From assembly GCA_002633005.1 (NCBI GenBank), contig NMRA01000115.1:432104-496103 (forward strand): a DNA stretch of 64,000 nt, in the 5' to 3' direction. The notes under the pieces were generated by a model, which did no database searches, was not told the DNA's origin, and was given only the letters and a program-made list of their open reading frames with translations. Shown piece by piece: positions 24,559-37,200 of this stretch (within the stretch, counting starts at the first letter, position 1; each line of letters begins with the position of its first letter). Source of the DNA: Phoronis australis. Its lineage: Eukaryota > Animalia > Phoronida. The translations under genes were made by a program, and so were the position numbers.

Positions 24559-25519
24559 ATATCAAATGACAATCAAATAATAATGGTACAATCCTGACCC
24601 ATTCACACCACATACACACAAAACAAAACAAAAACAATACAAACACATCCACGAGCACATCATAGATTTCACAGAGTACAACATCGATGTGAAATATGAT
24701 GTAACATAGGATAGAAAAACTGATCCTCATCGTAAGGCTTATTCTCCCAGTATTTTTCATAATGAGACTATAATAAAAACATTTAGAAGCATTGCCCACA
24801 CGGTCTCATACAAAAAACAAGTAGAACGAAATTTAAGGATAACTACATTTCAGTAAAGTGATTTGGCTCTATAGTATGGGTTTGAGACTTGTCGGGACGC
24901 CCGCACAGAGCAAACAGATCACACACATAAAATAATAAGGTTGCCCGCACTCTGTGGCTAGACGCAATACAAAGCCCTCTCATAAATAGCCTCCCAGATA
25001 GATTGCCCAGCATGAAGCTATATGACGCTTAGACCAAAACAGAACAAAATAGGACACAGCTACAACAATAAGACTACGCGACACGGTTGTCACGAACATA
25101 GCCTGAGTAGCAGGTATATGTTAGCTGTGAAAACGATACGTTGGGCACAACGGCTAACGTGAAGAAAAAAAATAGGCTAATCATATACACAGTAATGGCT
25201 ACCGGAAGTATGAGAAGTACGTTTGTACTGAGGTCTCTCAACAGGGTCCCAAGTACCTGACAATTATGGTAGGCTACACTTGTAGTTTGGCAATTGCACA
25301 TGGAGTACAGAAGCAGTTAAAGGTTAAATGGATAATGCGAAGCATTGGAATTACCGTATAACTCAATCAACTTTACGGAAAAAGGAAAATTAAGCCATCT
25401 TTCATGCAGACTATAGTACAAAAGTGAGTAATCTTACCAAAAGCTGAATACAAGACGTTGGAAACTATTGCACTACTGTATTATGTTCTGGCTTGCGAGT
25501 ATAATGTTGATCTGACAAA

Positions 25520-26356
25520 TTAGATGCCCTGTAAATCTTCCATGCTGCTCACCGGTTTAATTTCATTGGCCCAGTTCTTGTAATAAATTCTTCCATCATA
25601 TGTCCAGCAACTCTGAATCCGGGCGCCCAGGTCTCTACAAGCCTTGTACAACTGTGCTCGTTTTTTGGTCAGATTCTCGTTAACGTAGATCTTGCCAGCT
25701 TCAGTTTTCAATTTCTTTTTATTTCTCATGAATTCGGCTCTTGCATTGTAATTCGTAAATTTCACTATAATTGACCTCGTCTTGGCATTACCTTGGATTT
25801 TTTTACCTAGGCGGTGACTGCGACATATGTCAGACTTCTCAACGGTAGCACCAATTCTTTTAGCTAGACCAATAACAATGTCGTCTGTGCACTCCTTGTC
25901 GCTTTCTTTTATTCCGCTGATTACAACGCAGTTTCGGCGGCTATACTGTTCAAGCTCATCCAAATCAGATTCCAACCTGTGTATCTGAGAGCCACTTTCT
26001 TGCTTCAGCTTGTCGAGTTGATTTTCAAGTGTTGTTATTTTTTTATCCTTTTCAGCCATTTTTTGATCGTATTGAAGCTCTAGTGCTTTGTACATTTCAG
26101 ACAAGCCAGCGTCAATTAAGGGCTTTATCATGTTTGTAAACAGTGACTGGATATCTGAGTCCATGAGTGCCTCCTTTAGTTCATCTTTCAATGACCGAGT
26201 CTTCTTGGTGACATTTTGTCCCTTTCCTGTCAATATGGCGTCCATTGTCGGTTGCTTCAGAGGTTTTTTTGACGTCGAAGCTCGGAGTTCACTAGAGTTT
26301 CGGCTTGGTGTTCTTTTTCTGCCACTTGTCGGGGTCTGGTCGTTATTCCTAATCAT
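25520..26356 (-). CDS. LINE ORF1p (coiled coil, RRM-like and C-terminal domains)
   Basis: 278 aa with heptad-like region, LEQYSRRNCVVISGI.E, HRLG, IIVKF, IYVNENLT, WTYDG. Upstream of and on the same strand as ORF2. Confidence 0.9.
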   Translation of the reverse strand: MIRNNDQTPTSGRKRTPSRNSSELRASTSKKPLKQPTMDAILTGKGQNVTKKTRSLKDELKEALMDSDIQSLFTNMIKPLIDAGLSEMYKALELQYDQKMAEKDKKITTLENQLDKLKQESGSQIHRLESDLDELEQYSRRNCVVISGIKESDKECTDDIVIGLAKRIGATVEKSDICRSHRLGKKIQGNAKTRSIIVKFTNYNARAEFMRNKKKLKTEAGKIYVNENLTKKRAQLYKACRDLGARIQSCWTYDGRIYYKNWANEIKPVSSMEDLQGI

Positions 26357-26449
26357 GTGAGATGAATTACTGTCGGTTCTGTCTTCAAACTAAAATAATT
26401 TCGTTATTGTTAGATGGGAGAGTTCGCACAAGTCAGAAAACCAACCTTC

Positions 26450-26468
26450 CCGCCATGAGGGTCACGTG
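26450..26468 (-). promoter_or_regulatory. Candidate LINE internal promoter motifs (E-box CACGTG, YY1-like CATGGCGG)
   Basis: Both motifs lie within ~25 nt of the inferred 5' end. Motif match only. Confidence 0.3.
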
Positions 26469-26477
26469 TTTCCTCTC

Positions 26478-26518
26478 TCTTGAGCAATTATGTGTCTCCA
26501 AGACATAATTGCTCAAGA
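26478..26518. repeat. Perfect 16-bp inverted repeat (hairpin) abutting the LINE 5' end
   Basis: TCTTGAGCAATTATGT - 9 nt - ACATAATTGCTCAAGA. Confidence 0.9.
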
Positions 26519-27012
26519 ATCTTAACCTACACATTCATCAAAATTATAATTGCACTGAGCTAATTTGCACAATATTAAAAAACTTATTTGCTGTAAAAAA
26601 TTGCAAAGACGTCAAAATGCATTGTTCAACGTGATAATGTTGCGCGATGGATAGTTCCGATACTAATCAAGCCAATACTTCCAACCAATCAGATCCCGAG
26701 AACATGTAAAACGATTGTCCGCCATATTTGTCCCACAAACAACGATTGAGTTCGACAGAAAGGAAGGGTTTCGACACAGTTTTGATTAATTGTTAAGTTT
26801 TCTTAGAATATTTATATTTTGCATTCTCTTCTTGCACTCTACAAATATGCAAAACAGAATGGGTTTTGTGTTACAGCCGCGTAAAATAGAGGCATCTCTT
26901 GTAATGGGTTACTGGAAAGCCACCTCTAATTAAATTAATTAATGGTGAATTTCTTTCTGAAAAGGATAAATTTCGATGCATGATGTCAGTTTTACAATTT
27001 GACAGCTTTAAA

Positions 27013-27366
27013 ACTGCATTTCGCCCTGTTTAGTTGGCTAAAAACAAAGTCGAATTATTAGGTATTTTACCTTCATAAAATGGGTCTTCTAATACATTTC
27101 TTACCGTGATAGCATTCTGATTCCGTTACCAATAAGAACATTGAAGCCATCAACGGTTCAAGAGAACGCTTCAAAATTTATTGCGATTGGCCTATCCTTA
27201 AATTGCGAATAAAAACGACGCATTCGTGAATTGCTAGTCACAGCGTTGGTAACGGACATAGAATCCTATCACGATAAAGAAAATCATGGAGTGGGACTAA
27301 TTTATGAGAGTGAAATGCCTAATTCGATTTTCGTTTTTAGCCATCTGAACTGGGCGAAACGCGGCC
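27013..27366. mobile_element. Foldback MITE with ~115-bp imperfect arms
   Basis: TTTCGCCC..GGCTAAAAAC..CGTGATAG..CCGTTACCAA is mirrored by TTGGTAACGG..CTATCACG..GTTTTTAGCC..GGGCGAAA. Confidence 0.7.
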
Positions 27367-27531
27367 ATCGATGTTAGTAGCGTCAGTGTTGTAACAGAAA
27401 TAAGTAAGCGTTCCCACACCGGACAGGGACATCAAAATTGTCACACTCGAATGAACACTATCTGAGCTGTCTAGGAAATGACACCCTGAAGCTTCAACAC
27501 TCGTCGACAGATCGCCCTCTGGTAGGGAGGA

Positions 27532-27628
27532 TACGTATGTGAATATCTATGTATATTTATATGTATATGTATATGTGCATATGCAGATGCAGATGTAGAT
27601 GTATACGAGCCTATATATACATGTATGT
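27532..27628. repeat. Degenerate (TATATG)-like simple repeat
   Basis: Directly visible low-complexity tract. Confidence 0.75.
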
Positions 27629-28630
27629 CTACCGAGAGCATACTACTTACAGTACATATTCATGCCACTATACCGTTTGCAGCATTTACTGGGTTGGATA
27701 CGCCCAAAACTTGAAATCACTATTTACTCTTTTCTACGATTGTCAATTTAGCTAACCTTGATACAAGCTGAATAAATATGATAAAAGAAAATGACGTTTA
27801 TTAGATTGTTTTCCCTGACATGGCTGTAATAATAACAAGTAATAACGGCCAAGTTGAGTCACAGTTGACTCCCGCTGAATTCGCATGCACCCCAGACTGT
27901 CGTTTGCTCTACACGTTTCGGATAAGCTTCACGAGGTGACGAGGAGTACTACCCGAGTGTTGTGAAGTGTCGAGGTCTATTACATTTTGGTTCCTAGTTG
28001 AATTTTGACGCATAGTTACGCTCGTAATTACGACCGAAGCTTTGCTCGTGCTTTACGACCATAATCATGTTATCCAAATACGCGTTGAATCAGTCGAGGG
28101 AAATACGCCACCTCTGACTCGGACTGTTCAACAGGTAGGTTAATGTCGCCTCGACGTCGACAGCTGGTTCGATCATCAAACTTTCGGAAAATAGTTTAAA
28201 GTAATGCAATTGCAACAGTGTGAGTAAGACTTAACATGCAAACAGGTCTCAATCGTAACATCCAGAACAGGACTGTTAATTACCGGGTATGTGACAGTTC
28301 TGTCTCAGTTTTCAATTGCTGATATTATGTCGTCTTCAACTCAGACGCCGATTTCTCGGTAACTACATCATGAAATATTGTTGTTACTTATTTATTTTCA
28401 GGAAATGTTACAAGTTCATTGTACAGTTACCGTTGCTTTCATCTTTGTTATCTCTTTTCAAGTTATTAATCATTACATTGAAAAACTGTTTCTTTTGCTA
28501 GAGAAAACATGCAACCTAACTCGTAGGTACATAGATATAGGCTGTGATCCACCACGCGAACAGTCTTAGTGAAGTATTTGAAAAATCTGGCGAAAAAATG
28601 AAAGGAACTTAGGAATATGATGCGTAAGGG

Positions 28631-28762
28631 ATAAATACAAAACGTATCTCGATTGGCGTTGATGAAGTAACATCCACGAGACATTATTCCGCGTATGGAC
28701 CTGGATCTTCGGTATCTGGATATTACTTCATCAACGCCACTCCCGGTACGTTTTGTGTATAT
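28631..28762. mobile_element. Short palindromic MITE
   Basis: ACAAAACGTA..TGGCGTTGATGAAGTAA..ATCCA mirrored by TGGAT..TTACTTCATCAACGCCA..TACGTTTTGT. Confidence 0.7.
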
Positions 28763-28799
28763 ACTGTATCTGGTCTGTAGGTCACGTGACCACTTCAGC

Positions 28800-29440
28800 A
28801 GTTGTACGCTCGTAATTTTACCCTCGTTTTTGGCTCGTTCTTTTACGTTCGTAATTTTACGCTCGTAATTTTACTCTCGCATTTTGCGCATGCTATAAAA
28901 TGTTCAGAAAGTGAAATATCCGGTGCAAAGCATATAAGTGCAAAAATTGAAAAATATCGAAGACTGTCTCAAATGGTTTTACTTGCTGCCCTAGCCATCC
29001 CTTGCATTTGAAAGTGGTCCGTTTTAATACATATTGAAGTGCCAATATATGTAGACCTAGCAGATTTCCTCACAGTGCTTTTGTTATATTTGTTAAAATT
29101 ATCATGCTTTTTTCAATATGTAGGCCAATTTTCATTCTCTTGTTCTTATCAGTGCGCGCAGATGACATGTGACACTCTAAACAGCATACGTTCAAAACGG
29201 TTATCGGGGGTAATTTCTAAATGTTGGTGGTAAATTACTCATTCTTTATTCAACATATTTGAATAACTATTCATTTGCACCACAGAATAATATTAACTGC
29301 GTTTTAGTTTAATGGATGGGGGTCTCGTGGACTGGTATTTAAATCTACAAACTGCTCGCTAAGATTGTGAGCGTAAACTTATGAGAGAAAAATACGAGCG
29401 TAAATTACGAGCGTAAACTTCAGTTAGCCTCCGTACAGCT
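28800..29440. mobile_element. Non-autonomous element with inverted subterminal tandem arrays (TACGCTCGTAATTT)
   Basis: Array at 28805-28885 and its reverse-complement array at ~29365-29420; related motif near 28015-28060. Confidence 0.55.
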
Positions 29441-29621
29441 AGCTGGCTGTGTTAGAGTGGTCATGTGTGACAAGACGGGTTTCGAACAGCTTTACATCTG
29501 TGTCAACATTGGCAAAAAATTGCCATTCAGTGTCGACTTTATTGCAAATCAAGACCCAAAGATCACACCGCCATTTTGAACTAACTGCGATTCCGGAAGC
29601 ATAATTCATTCAGGAACCCAG

Positions 29622-29754
29622 GTGTGCGTTCAGTAGACGCTAGGGCCTACGCTAGGACCTAGCTAAAACGTAGTCAAAGTCACGTGTTCTCATTTAAAAT
29701 GCACGACAATATCTCACGTAATCTTTTGAAGTCTTAGCTTTACTGAACGGGAGG
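29622..29754. mobile_element. PIF/Harbinger-like MITE, copy 2
   Basis: Aligns to 4548-4698; CAG on both sides. Confidence 0.85.
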
Positions 29755-30484
29755 CAGGCTTAGTATACACCGTCTGTGCGACAGGAGCAGTGTCTGCTAC
29801 CAGCCTGCAAACGGGGATAAAATAATCGACAGCGGACCTTAACTTAAATAAAACCAAAATAGGGGAAATTTGTACTGAAAATGTTGACAAAATATGGCAA
29901 AATAAATGTTGACAGAAATTATTTTGCCGGGCTCGGCCCTGCATCCGATGACCCGGTGCAGACCGATCGAGACCATGCACTCCCACTGACAAAAGACGGA
30001 GGCGTGCCGTCCCCGGCTGTTTTATGGGAATAAATGGTTCAAATCATGAATGCCGTATACATACATGAACTAAGATAGTTTTCGACACTTGTATAAAATT
30101 ACGGACTAGTGTTACAGTCCTGCGCCAAAGATTGAATAACAACCGGGGCCAATTAAGGCGCATGAGGCTAGGCTAAGCATGTTTTACTGGGTTTAATTAA
30201 CTCTGGTAAGCAAACAGTATAAAAATAACAACGAACATGCAACATCAAATTCGTGAATAAAATTGCTATACAGTTAGAGTATCCCAACAGCTAAACTTGC
30301 GAAAATATGGAAAATAAATTTAGACGCGACTTAATTCACTACGGCCGGGCAGCTGATGAACACCATTTGGTGGCGGAATAACTTCAGTTAGAAAACTTGC
30401 CATGGTGCCAAAGTGGTATAATATAAGTATTGATGAGTTTAAAGTAAAAGGAATAATTCCCACTTAGCCAGAAACATTCGTATA

Positions 30485-31102
30485 CAGTGGCGGATCTAGG
30501 ATATCACAAGGGGGGGCAACATTTTGTCCGGCTGTAAGCATTTGCGCAAACTGAACCACGATTGTAGATGCGCATAGCACCGAATGGGGGGAGGTCGGGA
30601 GGGGGCTTTGCCCAGGAAATTTTTCTGTTTTTACCTCTAAAAATCAAGCATTTTCCTTGATTCCTGAAGTATTATCCAAGAAAAAAGGCAAAAAGAAACA
30701 CGGAAAACGTGTCAAACAGGAAAAATTGCAAGTACCAAAGACTCGAACTCACGACCCGGCGGGCAGCGCGCGCGTGCGTTACCACTACACCACCACGATT
30801 TAACTACTATTGTCATACTAAGAGACCTATTTGTTTATAGTCCACAGCGTTTGCGCGCGAAACCTACTTCTTTTTCTAATGCTTATTACACGTTTTATAT
30901 CTTGTGCCATCAATTCTTAACAAATTTGTCGTATTTAAACTGCCCAAAAGACCAAATCCGTTTTTCGTGTTAGCAATAATGACGGAATTGCTTTGAAAAT
31001 CGTCTTAAGATAAGGTTTGACAAACTTAAGAGAGTATTGCGAGTTTCTGAGTGTATCACATCTTACCAGCAGCTTCTGTTTTTTCATCGTCACTCAGGTT
31101 CA
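30485..31102 (+). mobile_element. hAT-like non-autonomous element (CAGTGGCGGATCTAG end), truncated by a gap
   Basis: 30611-31100 closely matches 45163-45679. Complementary right-end motifs CTAGATC(C/A)GCCACTG occur at ~38548-38562 and ~57150-57164. Confidence 0.65.
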
Positions 31103-31534
31103 NNNNNNNNNNNNNNNNNNNNNNNNNNNNNNNNNNNNNNNNNNNNNNNNNNNNNNNNNNNNNNNNNNNNNNNNNNNNNNNNNNNNNNNNNNNNNNNNNN
31201 NNNNNNNNNNNNNNNNNNNNNNNNNNNNNNNNNNNNNNNNNNNNNNNNNNNNNNNNNNNNNNNNNNNNNNNNNNNNNNNNNNNNNNNNNNNNNNNNNNNN
31301 NNNNNNNNNNNNNNNNNNNNNNNNNNNNNNNNNNNNNNNNNNNNNNNNNNNNNNNNNNNNNNNNNNNNNNNNNNNNNNNNNNNNNNNNNNNNNNNNNNNN
31401 NNNNNNNNNNNNNNNNNNNNNNNNNNNNNNNNNNNNNNNNNNNNNNNNNNNNNNNNNNNNNNNNNNNNNNNNNNNNNNNNNNNNNNNNNNNNNNNNNNNN
31501 NNNNNNNNNNNNNNNNNNNNNNNNNNNNNNNNNN
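31103..31534. other. Assembly gap
   Basis: Run of N. Confidence 1.
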
Positions 31535-32879
31535 TGGTTTAATTTGTTGATCAAGAATATTAACATCAAGCATAGCCTGATCCTATGCACTCACTGGGAC
31601 TAACAGTTGATTTGTCATTGGTCTGAAAGAATAATTGATGTTATTAAATATATTTTTATTAAAATAAAAAACCAGGCTCGTAATTGAAAATAAAAACTAT
31701 TTGACCATCAATGCTTTCTTGGTTGTAATAATTCTTACGGGTATTTCATATGTTAGATTTCAAATATCAATCTGGACCAAGTTGAATTTTAAAATTAAAA
31801 CACCTAATTCGTTCGTCCAAAACATAACATCGTTTTAGAACTCAATTTCAGTTAACTGGGCAATGCAATCATAGTTATCGTGATTCTGCAGAGGCCTCTT
31901 TCATCCGAGGGGAACGGTGCCAGTGCCTACAGTGAGAGGCGATTTTTTCGCCGAGTGAGGGCGGGAACAATCTACCTCCCTATCACCATCAATAGCACCC
32001 CCGCCCTGTTGCAAGCTCTCATAGGCTCTGCCTCAATTTAAAGTAGCCTTTTGTGCTCTTAAAAATTGTCACCTGTGTGGTTACAGGTGATGTGAACTCA
32101 GAGAGATTTTTCACTAGGGGAATTTTTATGCCTCGTGGGGGGAATTTCGCGTGGTATTTCAATATGTTTGAGAGGGGAATAGGGCCGATATTGGGCCCCA
32201 AATTTGAGGGATTGAGGGCTCAGTCCTTTTTGGAAGGAAAAATTATAATGTTTTAACCCGTAGCAGGGGCGGATCCAGGTTTTTCAGTTAGGGGGGCAGG
32301 GCACAGGAATAAGCAGCATTTCGGCAGATGCGCGCGCCCAGCTTAAACTCTGGGGATGCAGGGGTCTTGAATTCTTGGGTTTGCGGACCTGTTGACTAAA
32401 AAAAAACGGTAAAGGGGTTTATTCAGCGCCTATGCGTTGTTTATTCACCCCCAAGACCCGTCCTGGTTGCGCCTGCTAGTCAGCAATTCGCACCCGAACT
32501 CAAAATGGGATCTGATACAATTTTAGCCCCCCCCCCCCCCTTAATCCGTAGTCATGAAAACACAGCCTGGCTGGCCCATTCTCCGGTCGTTACTATGATG
32601 CTTTAAACATCTGACCGACATGCGACAAAATATAATCTAACTTTTCGAAAACATTTATAAATTTTACACGGACATATTTTGCTTCCTCGCGGCAACGACC
32701 CAACGCTTCCGAATCTCAACGTATGTAGCGATTCTGAAGCAGACAGTTGCGTGTCCGTATTTTTTCTAGCCGTTCGCGGAACAACACGGTCTGAAACACA
32801 GAACTATGCCGATAAGCTAACAGAGCATCGTAGCGAGCCTCGTTTTGGAATGCGCCTCCTGTCGGCGTGAATAGGGTCT
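31535..32879 (-). mobile_element. ISL2EU/Harbinger-related non-autonomous element, copy 1 (runs into the gap)
   Basis: Reverse complement of 37742-39263; ends CGTGAATAGGGTCT|AT; contains a MITE at ~32264-32476. Confidence 0.65.
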
Positions 32880-34010
32880 ATGGTGTGTGTAATTCAGACA
32901 GTCGTTACACCGACAGAGATAAAAGTCCTGTCAATTAATGAGCAAATTGTGTGTACGTCCGCGCGAGCAGCCTAACGTGTCAACATTGTTTGACCACTCG
33001 AAAGCTAAACACAAGTATGTTGTACAGTTATTCGAATTTCGACTTATTACCTTGTGTCTGTCACGGCGCCGCTCGACCCATCGGCGGCGATCACTGGACA
33101 TGAACTTCTCGGCTTAACTGTTACACTTGCAGCTCAGTAGGTTTCTTGATCCCCTATTTTAGTAAAACGTTCGCTTTGCTCTGAAGGAAAATCTGTTATT
33201 CATTAAGGATTTTTACTATTATTTTTAAACGCATTCGTGCAGTTTTTGTCGACGCTGATGTCAACTCTATGAGACTCGTCGGGTTCGCGTTGACTTCTGA
33301 AACATCAGGCGGTTTACATGTCAGGTGTCCCTCGACGTAAATCTTCACCCTGTTCCCGTAGGTACCTTTTCTGAAGGTTCTTGCCTTCTGTCTTTGTCAT
33401 GGCGAGATTCATAGGGAAGATAATGTTCGCCAAAGTCGGCGTGAATAACAGTTAACACGCTGGTCTTGCTTGACGAAGCCATTCTCTGCTGTCGGACTTC
33501 CGCATCACGTGACATTATAGGAGGAGCGATCTTCTGGTTGGAGTAAGGTCAATTTTTTGCGGTCTGTTCTTGTAATCCTTCAAATACCCCGCAGATATAA
33601 CCTGGAGCATTTTGCCCAGACACTAAACTCACTTCGCAAGGTAAGGCAGTATAAATGTCAAAGTTGAAATAATCAAATGCTCAGACACAGTCTACTCAGT
33701 GCTTATAATCGCTCGAAATAAAACGGTCGGGAAGCTGAAATGTAAATAAATCGTCTGAGGCATTACGCACTCATAATGTGCGCGTCCGTACTAAAGGCGA
33801 TAAATTCCGGGTCATACCTGGCAATTGATAAGGCCGGATCCTGGACATTGCTGTAGTTATGCCCCCATTAGAGGTGTCGCTCGTCCTGCAAAAACCACTT
33901 TTTAGTTGCAATCCATCTTCGGTGGCTAAAACTTGAGATAAGCCCCTAGGTAATTCCCAGTGTTCACTGTGACTGCACAATATTTTTATCTTCCAACCAG
34001 AATGGACCAA

Positions 34011-34238
34011 TCAGATATCATATCTAGATATTGCCAACAAAGCGGCACACTTGATTGAATGAAGTGGCCTTTCTAAAAGTAGTCTTGAGAGAGGTACTGT
34101 CGTATATTGTTCCGTGTTCCTTGAATAATGGACCCACCTACACACGAGTTTCTTGTGTGGATGATGACGACACCCAAATTGTCTTTTAAGGATAATTTGC
34201 ATAGCAATCATGGATTTTGGCTCAAAATACGTTTCCAT
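34011..34238 (-). pseudogene. Tc1/mariner-like transposase N-terminal HTH fragment
   Basis: ETYFEPKS...QIILKRQF....P....VCRWV resembles the DUF4817-type HTH of mariner-like transposases. Confidence 0.4.
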
Positions 34239-37200
34239 TGAAAATATTTTATCTACGACAAATTGGAATTTAAGAAGAAACTTCTCGCCTTAATTCATTC
34301 GCATCAAACTTATTTCCCCCATATCAACATAGTTAAATTACCACATCCTGAGGTGCAGCAGGACAATCGGGATCTTGTTTTGTGCTCTTTTAAGTATATC
34401 AAATTGCTCATTTCTCAGTGTTTGACTGATTGAGTTAAGACGGTCCCTGGCACCATGTTTACCTTATTTTCTGGCGAACACAAGGGGCATCAAAAACCTC
34501 TACAGGATACCGGTGCAACTTTTTGTGCGAAAGTCAAAACGCGTAAGTTTGAGATACTCAAATTCGAGAGAATTTACTTACGCCGACATAAAGAAATCAC
34601 TAAGACGGGAAACATAATTTAAGCGTTAAAGCATTATACTAACTTCATGCAACGAACTTTATTCGTTTGCAAACGAATTCAATGTATGCATACCTTTTCC
34701 TCTTCATTTTAGCTAAAACTTCATAAATCGAATCTTACTCAAGTTACTTAAGTCCAAACGTATGCCAAATTTAAATATTTTCAAATTTTAAAGTTTGAAT
34801 GACATTCTAATTCATTTATTATTTTTGATGGTGCACCACCAACTAAAATGAACTACGCAGTGAGTGTCAGCTGACTCATGCATCACCGGTACTCACGCAA
34901 CTGCCGCCATATGCAATGTGGTTTCCGCGGAAAACCAGCCCACTATGAACATGTAAAAAATAGGCCTTTCTATTAGAATAAGGCAAGCACAAACAAGAAG
35001 GAAATTTAAGACATGTTTATGTTTTGGTGATATTTTTCTATAGGCGAAACAGATTCCGTGTTCTAAATTAGTGACCTGAAGGAAATAGTATATTTAATAG
35101 AAGTGTCTGGTCAGTAACCACTGTATTTGTGTTTTGCTGGCAGCAACGAAAAATTGTAATACAATGACCACCCACTGCCTTTTCCAAACACCAAAGTACA
35201 AATTAGAAAAAAAATTCAACCACAATTTTAAATTGTGACGAAGTCTAAAAATATGTTTGTGGAATTTGAAATTCCACCGGTTTTTGGTTAAACCTCTGCG
35301 ATTATGGGAACTTCGAATCAGTGGCCCTTCCATAGACAATTCCATTGTAAAGACTGCCTAAAATGTGGGTCTCATAAGTTTCCATGCAGTACAGTCAGTA
35401 CACGCACATATATAATTGAAGGTTTTCAAAGGCGTCTTCGGCTCTTACGTACCATCCAGGAAGAGATTTTCAACTCCCCTGACTGGCCTAAAGCACCGCA
35501 AAGGTTTCAAAAAGGTTTGAAACGATCTGTTTGCAACGTTGGTGAAACCCAAAATTAGGAACAGTACCAAACGGTAATTTGTAGTGAAAATATTGGTGAT
35601 GGTGTAAATGATGATTTACGAGATGGTCAACTCTATGCAGTGGCACTTAACTCAACTGAGTAATTTATCATGAAAAAACAGCAATTCGATCTCATCAGTC
35701 AGAGGAACGACTATGCGAAGGCGTTGAGCGAAACCACATGTCCTTATTCTAATTTCTGACCTTGACTTAGTGTAAACACTACATTCATTCGAAACCTACG
35801 TTAATCACTAGTTAACGCTTCGAGTGCCACCAGTGGAAATCATTACTAGTTGAGCAGGCGGACGTGGCGGAACGTCTGATTAACTCAACAGTTACTTGGC
35901 GCGTCAACAGATTATGCAGCTCAGTGAGGACGGCTGGCACACCTAAATCTATCGTGGAGGATGGTAAGGATTGGATGTAAATTAGTTGTTCGAATGTTGC
36001 TCAGGGCCGAAATTTGATTTCATGTTTGCTATTAAGGTCGAATGTTGTGGCCTTGTTGCTCTTAAATTAGTTTTAATTGACATAGAGTGTAATTGACTCC
36101 CGAGCCAAATATTTAGCGTTTCAAAATGAACTGAAATAACTCCCGGCAGAACTCGACTATAATTTTGACAGGGGTACATCTCAACAATTGAGGTACCCTG
36201 CTCCTTACAGGGTAAATTTGAAAATGGCCACCCGTTTGTAGGGAGTATCCGTGAAACGGTTACCCTTTCTCACAGTTTTGTTTTAGAAACGACACACTTT
36301 TGTAGGGGATAATTACAAAAATGGATTTTGGACTGCTGGATTTTAACATATTTGGATCGAAATTGTAAAGAAAGAGATGCCATCTTGACAAGAACAAGAA
36401 CTGCATTCACACCAAAAATACATTATGTTTGTGAGGGAACTTTTTTATGAAGTTTCGCATTTTCAAAGTGAAATCTTTGTGAGCATTTTTGTTGGAAATG
36501 ACACTTTCGATTCGAGGAAAATTGCAGGAAAAAACATCGTATCGTAGGGTGAAAAGGTGGAAAGGCCCTTTATGTTCTTAGCGGCATGTCCCTTACACCT
36601 CTTCTATGAAAATAACGCACCTAGAGGGCTAATGATTTTGTTCATTTCCCGGCAGATATTCCACAGTTTGAGACAGTGTCTTCGGTTGACACTGAATTAT
36701 CTAATATCCTGTCTTATACCAACATTATCAAGCGTATGCTAGGCTTTCTAACCAACAATGTACACTGACTTCATTTCTCATATTGTCCTAATGAAAAATG
36801 ACCCTCGCCTTGAATTTGTGGCTTGCAATAAGATCATGCATTTGCCGGCGTATTTTGACGAAAAATGGATCCCGACGTGGAATCTTTGCATTGTGAAATG
36901 ACCTTATCATTAGTGATTTCTCTTCGAGGAGCCGGTAGATAACTGTCCATCTCGGATTCGTAAGAATATTTATGCCTTTTTAAAGCACTTTACCGCCTGC
37001 CGAATGAAGTTCAAGATGAGTCAAATGATAATTCTAATTTATACAGTGCTATTTTTACTTGGATATTGTTAATTTTAGAGAGTCTAAAGGCAAATATTTC
37101 AATGGATATGTGACCGCGTCATCGCAAACTTTAGCGTGCACGAAACAGCGGTGGTTGAAAACGTCATTAATTGTTGAATTGTGATCAAAATTAGGAACAG

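Larger units (their letters stand above)
20489..26474 (-). mobile_element. Full-length L1/Tx1-group non-LTR retrotransposon
   Basis: Two uninterrupted ORFs, a ~0.96-kb inter-ORF spacer, AATAAA at the 3' end, and a candidate 7-bp TSD CTCTCTT (20482-20488 and 26475-26481). Confidence 0.9.

Noticed and set aside
20931-26360. Short antisense or overlapping ORFs within the LINE (and likewise within the GPCR)
   Set aside because: Shadow ORFs with no recognisable motifs.
30725-30800. Functional tRNA gene
   Set aside because: A/B-box-like motifs are present but I could not fold a convincing cloverleaf, and it is part of a dispersed repeat.
31017-31603. Long ORFs in the ORF track
   Set aside because: Artefacts of reading through N runs; the same applies to 45956-46733.
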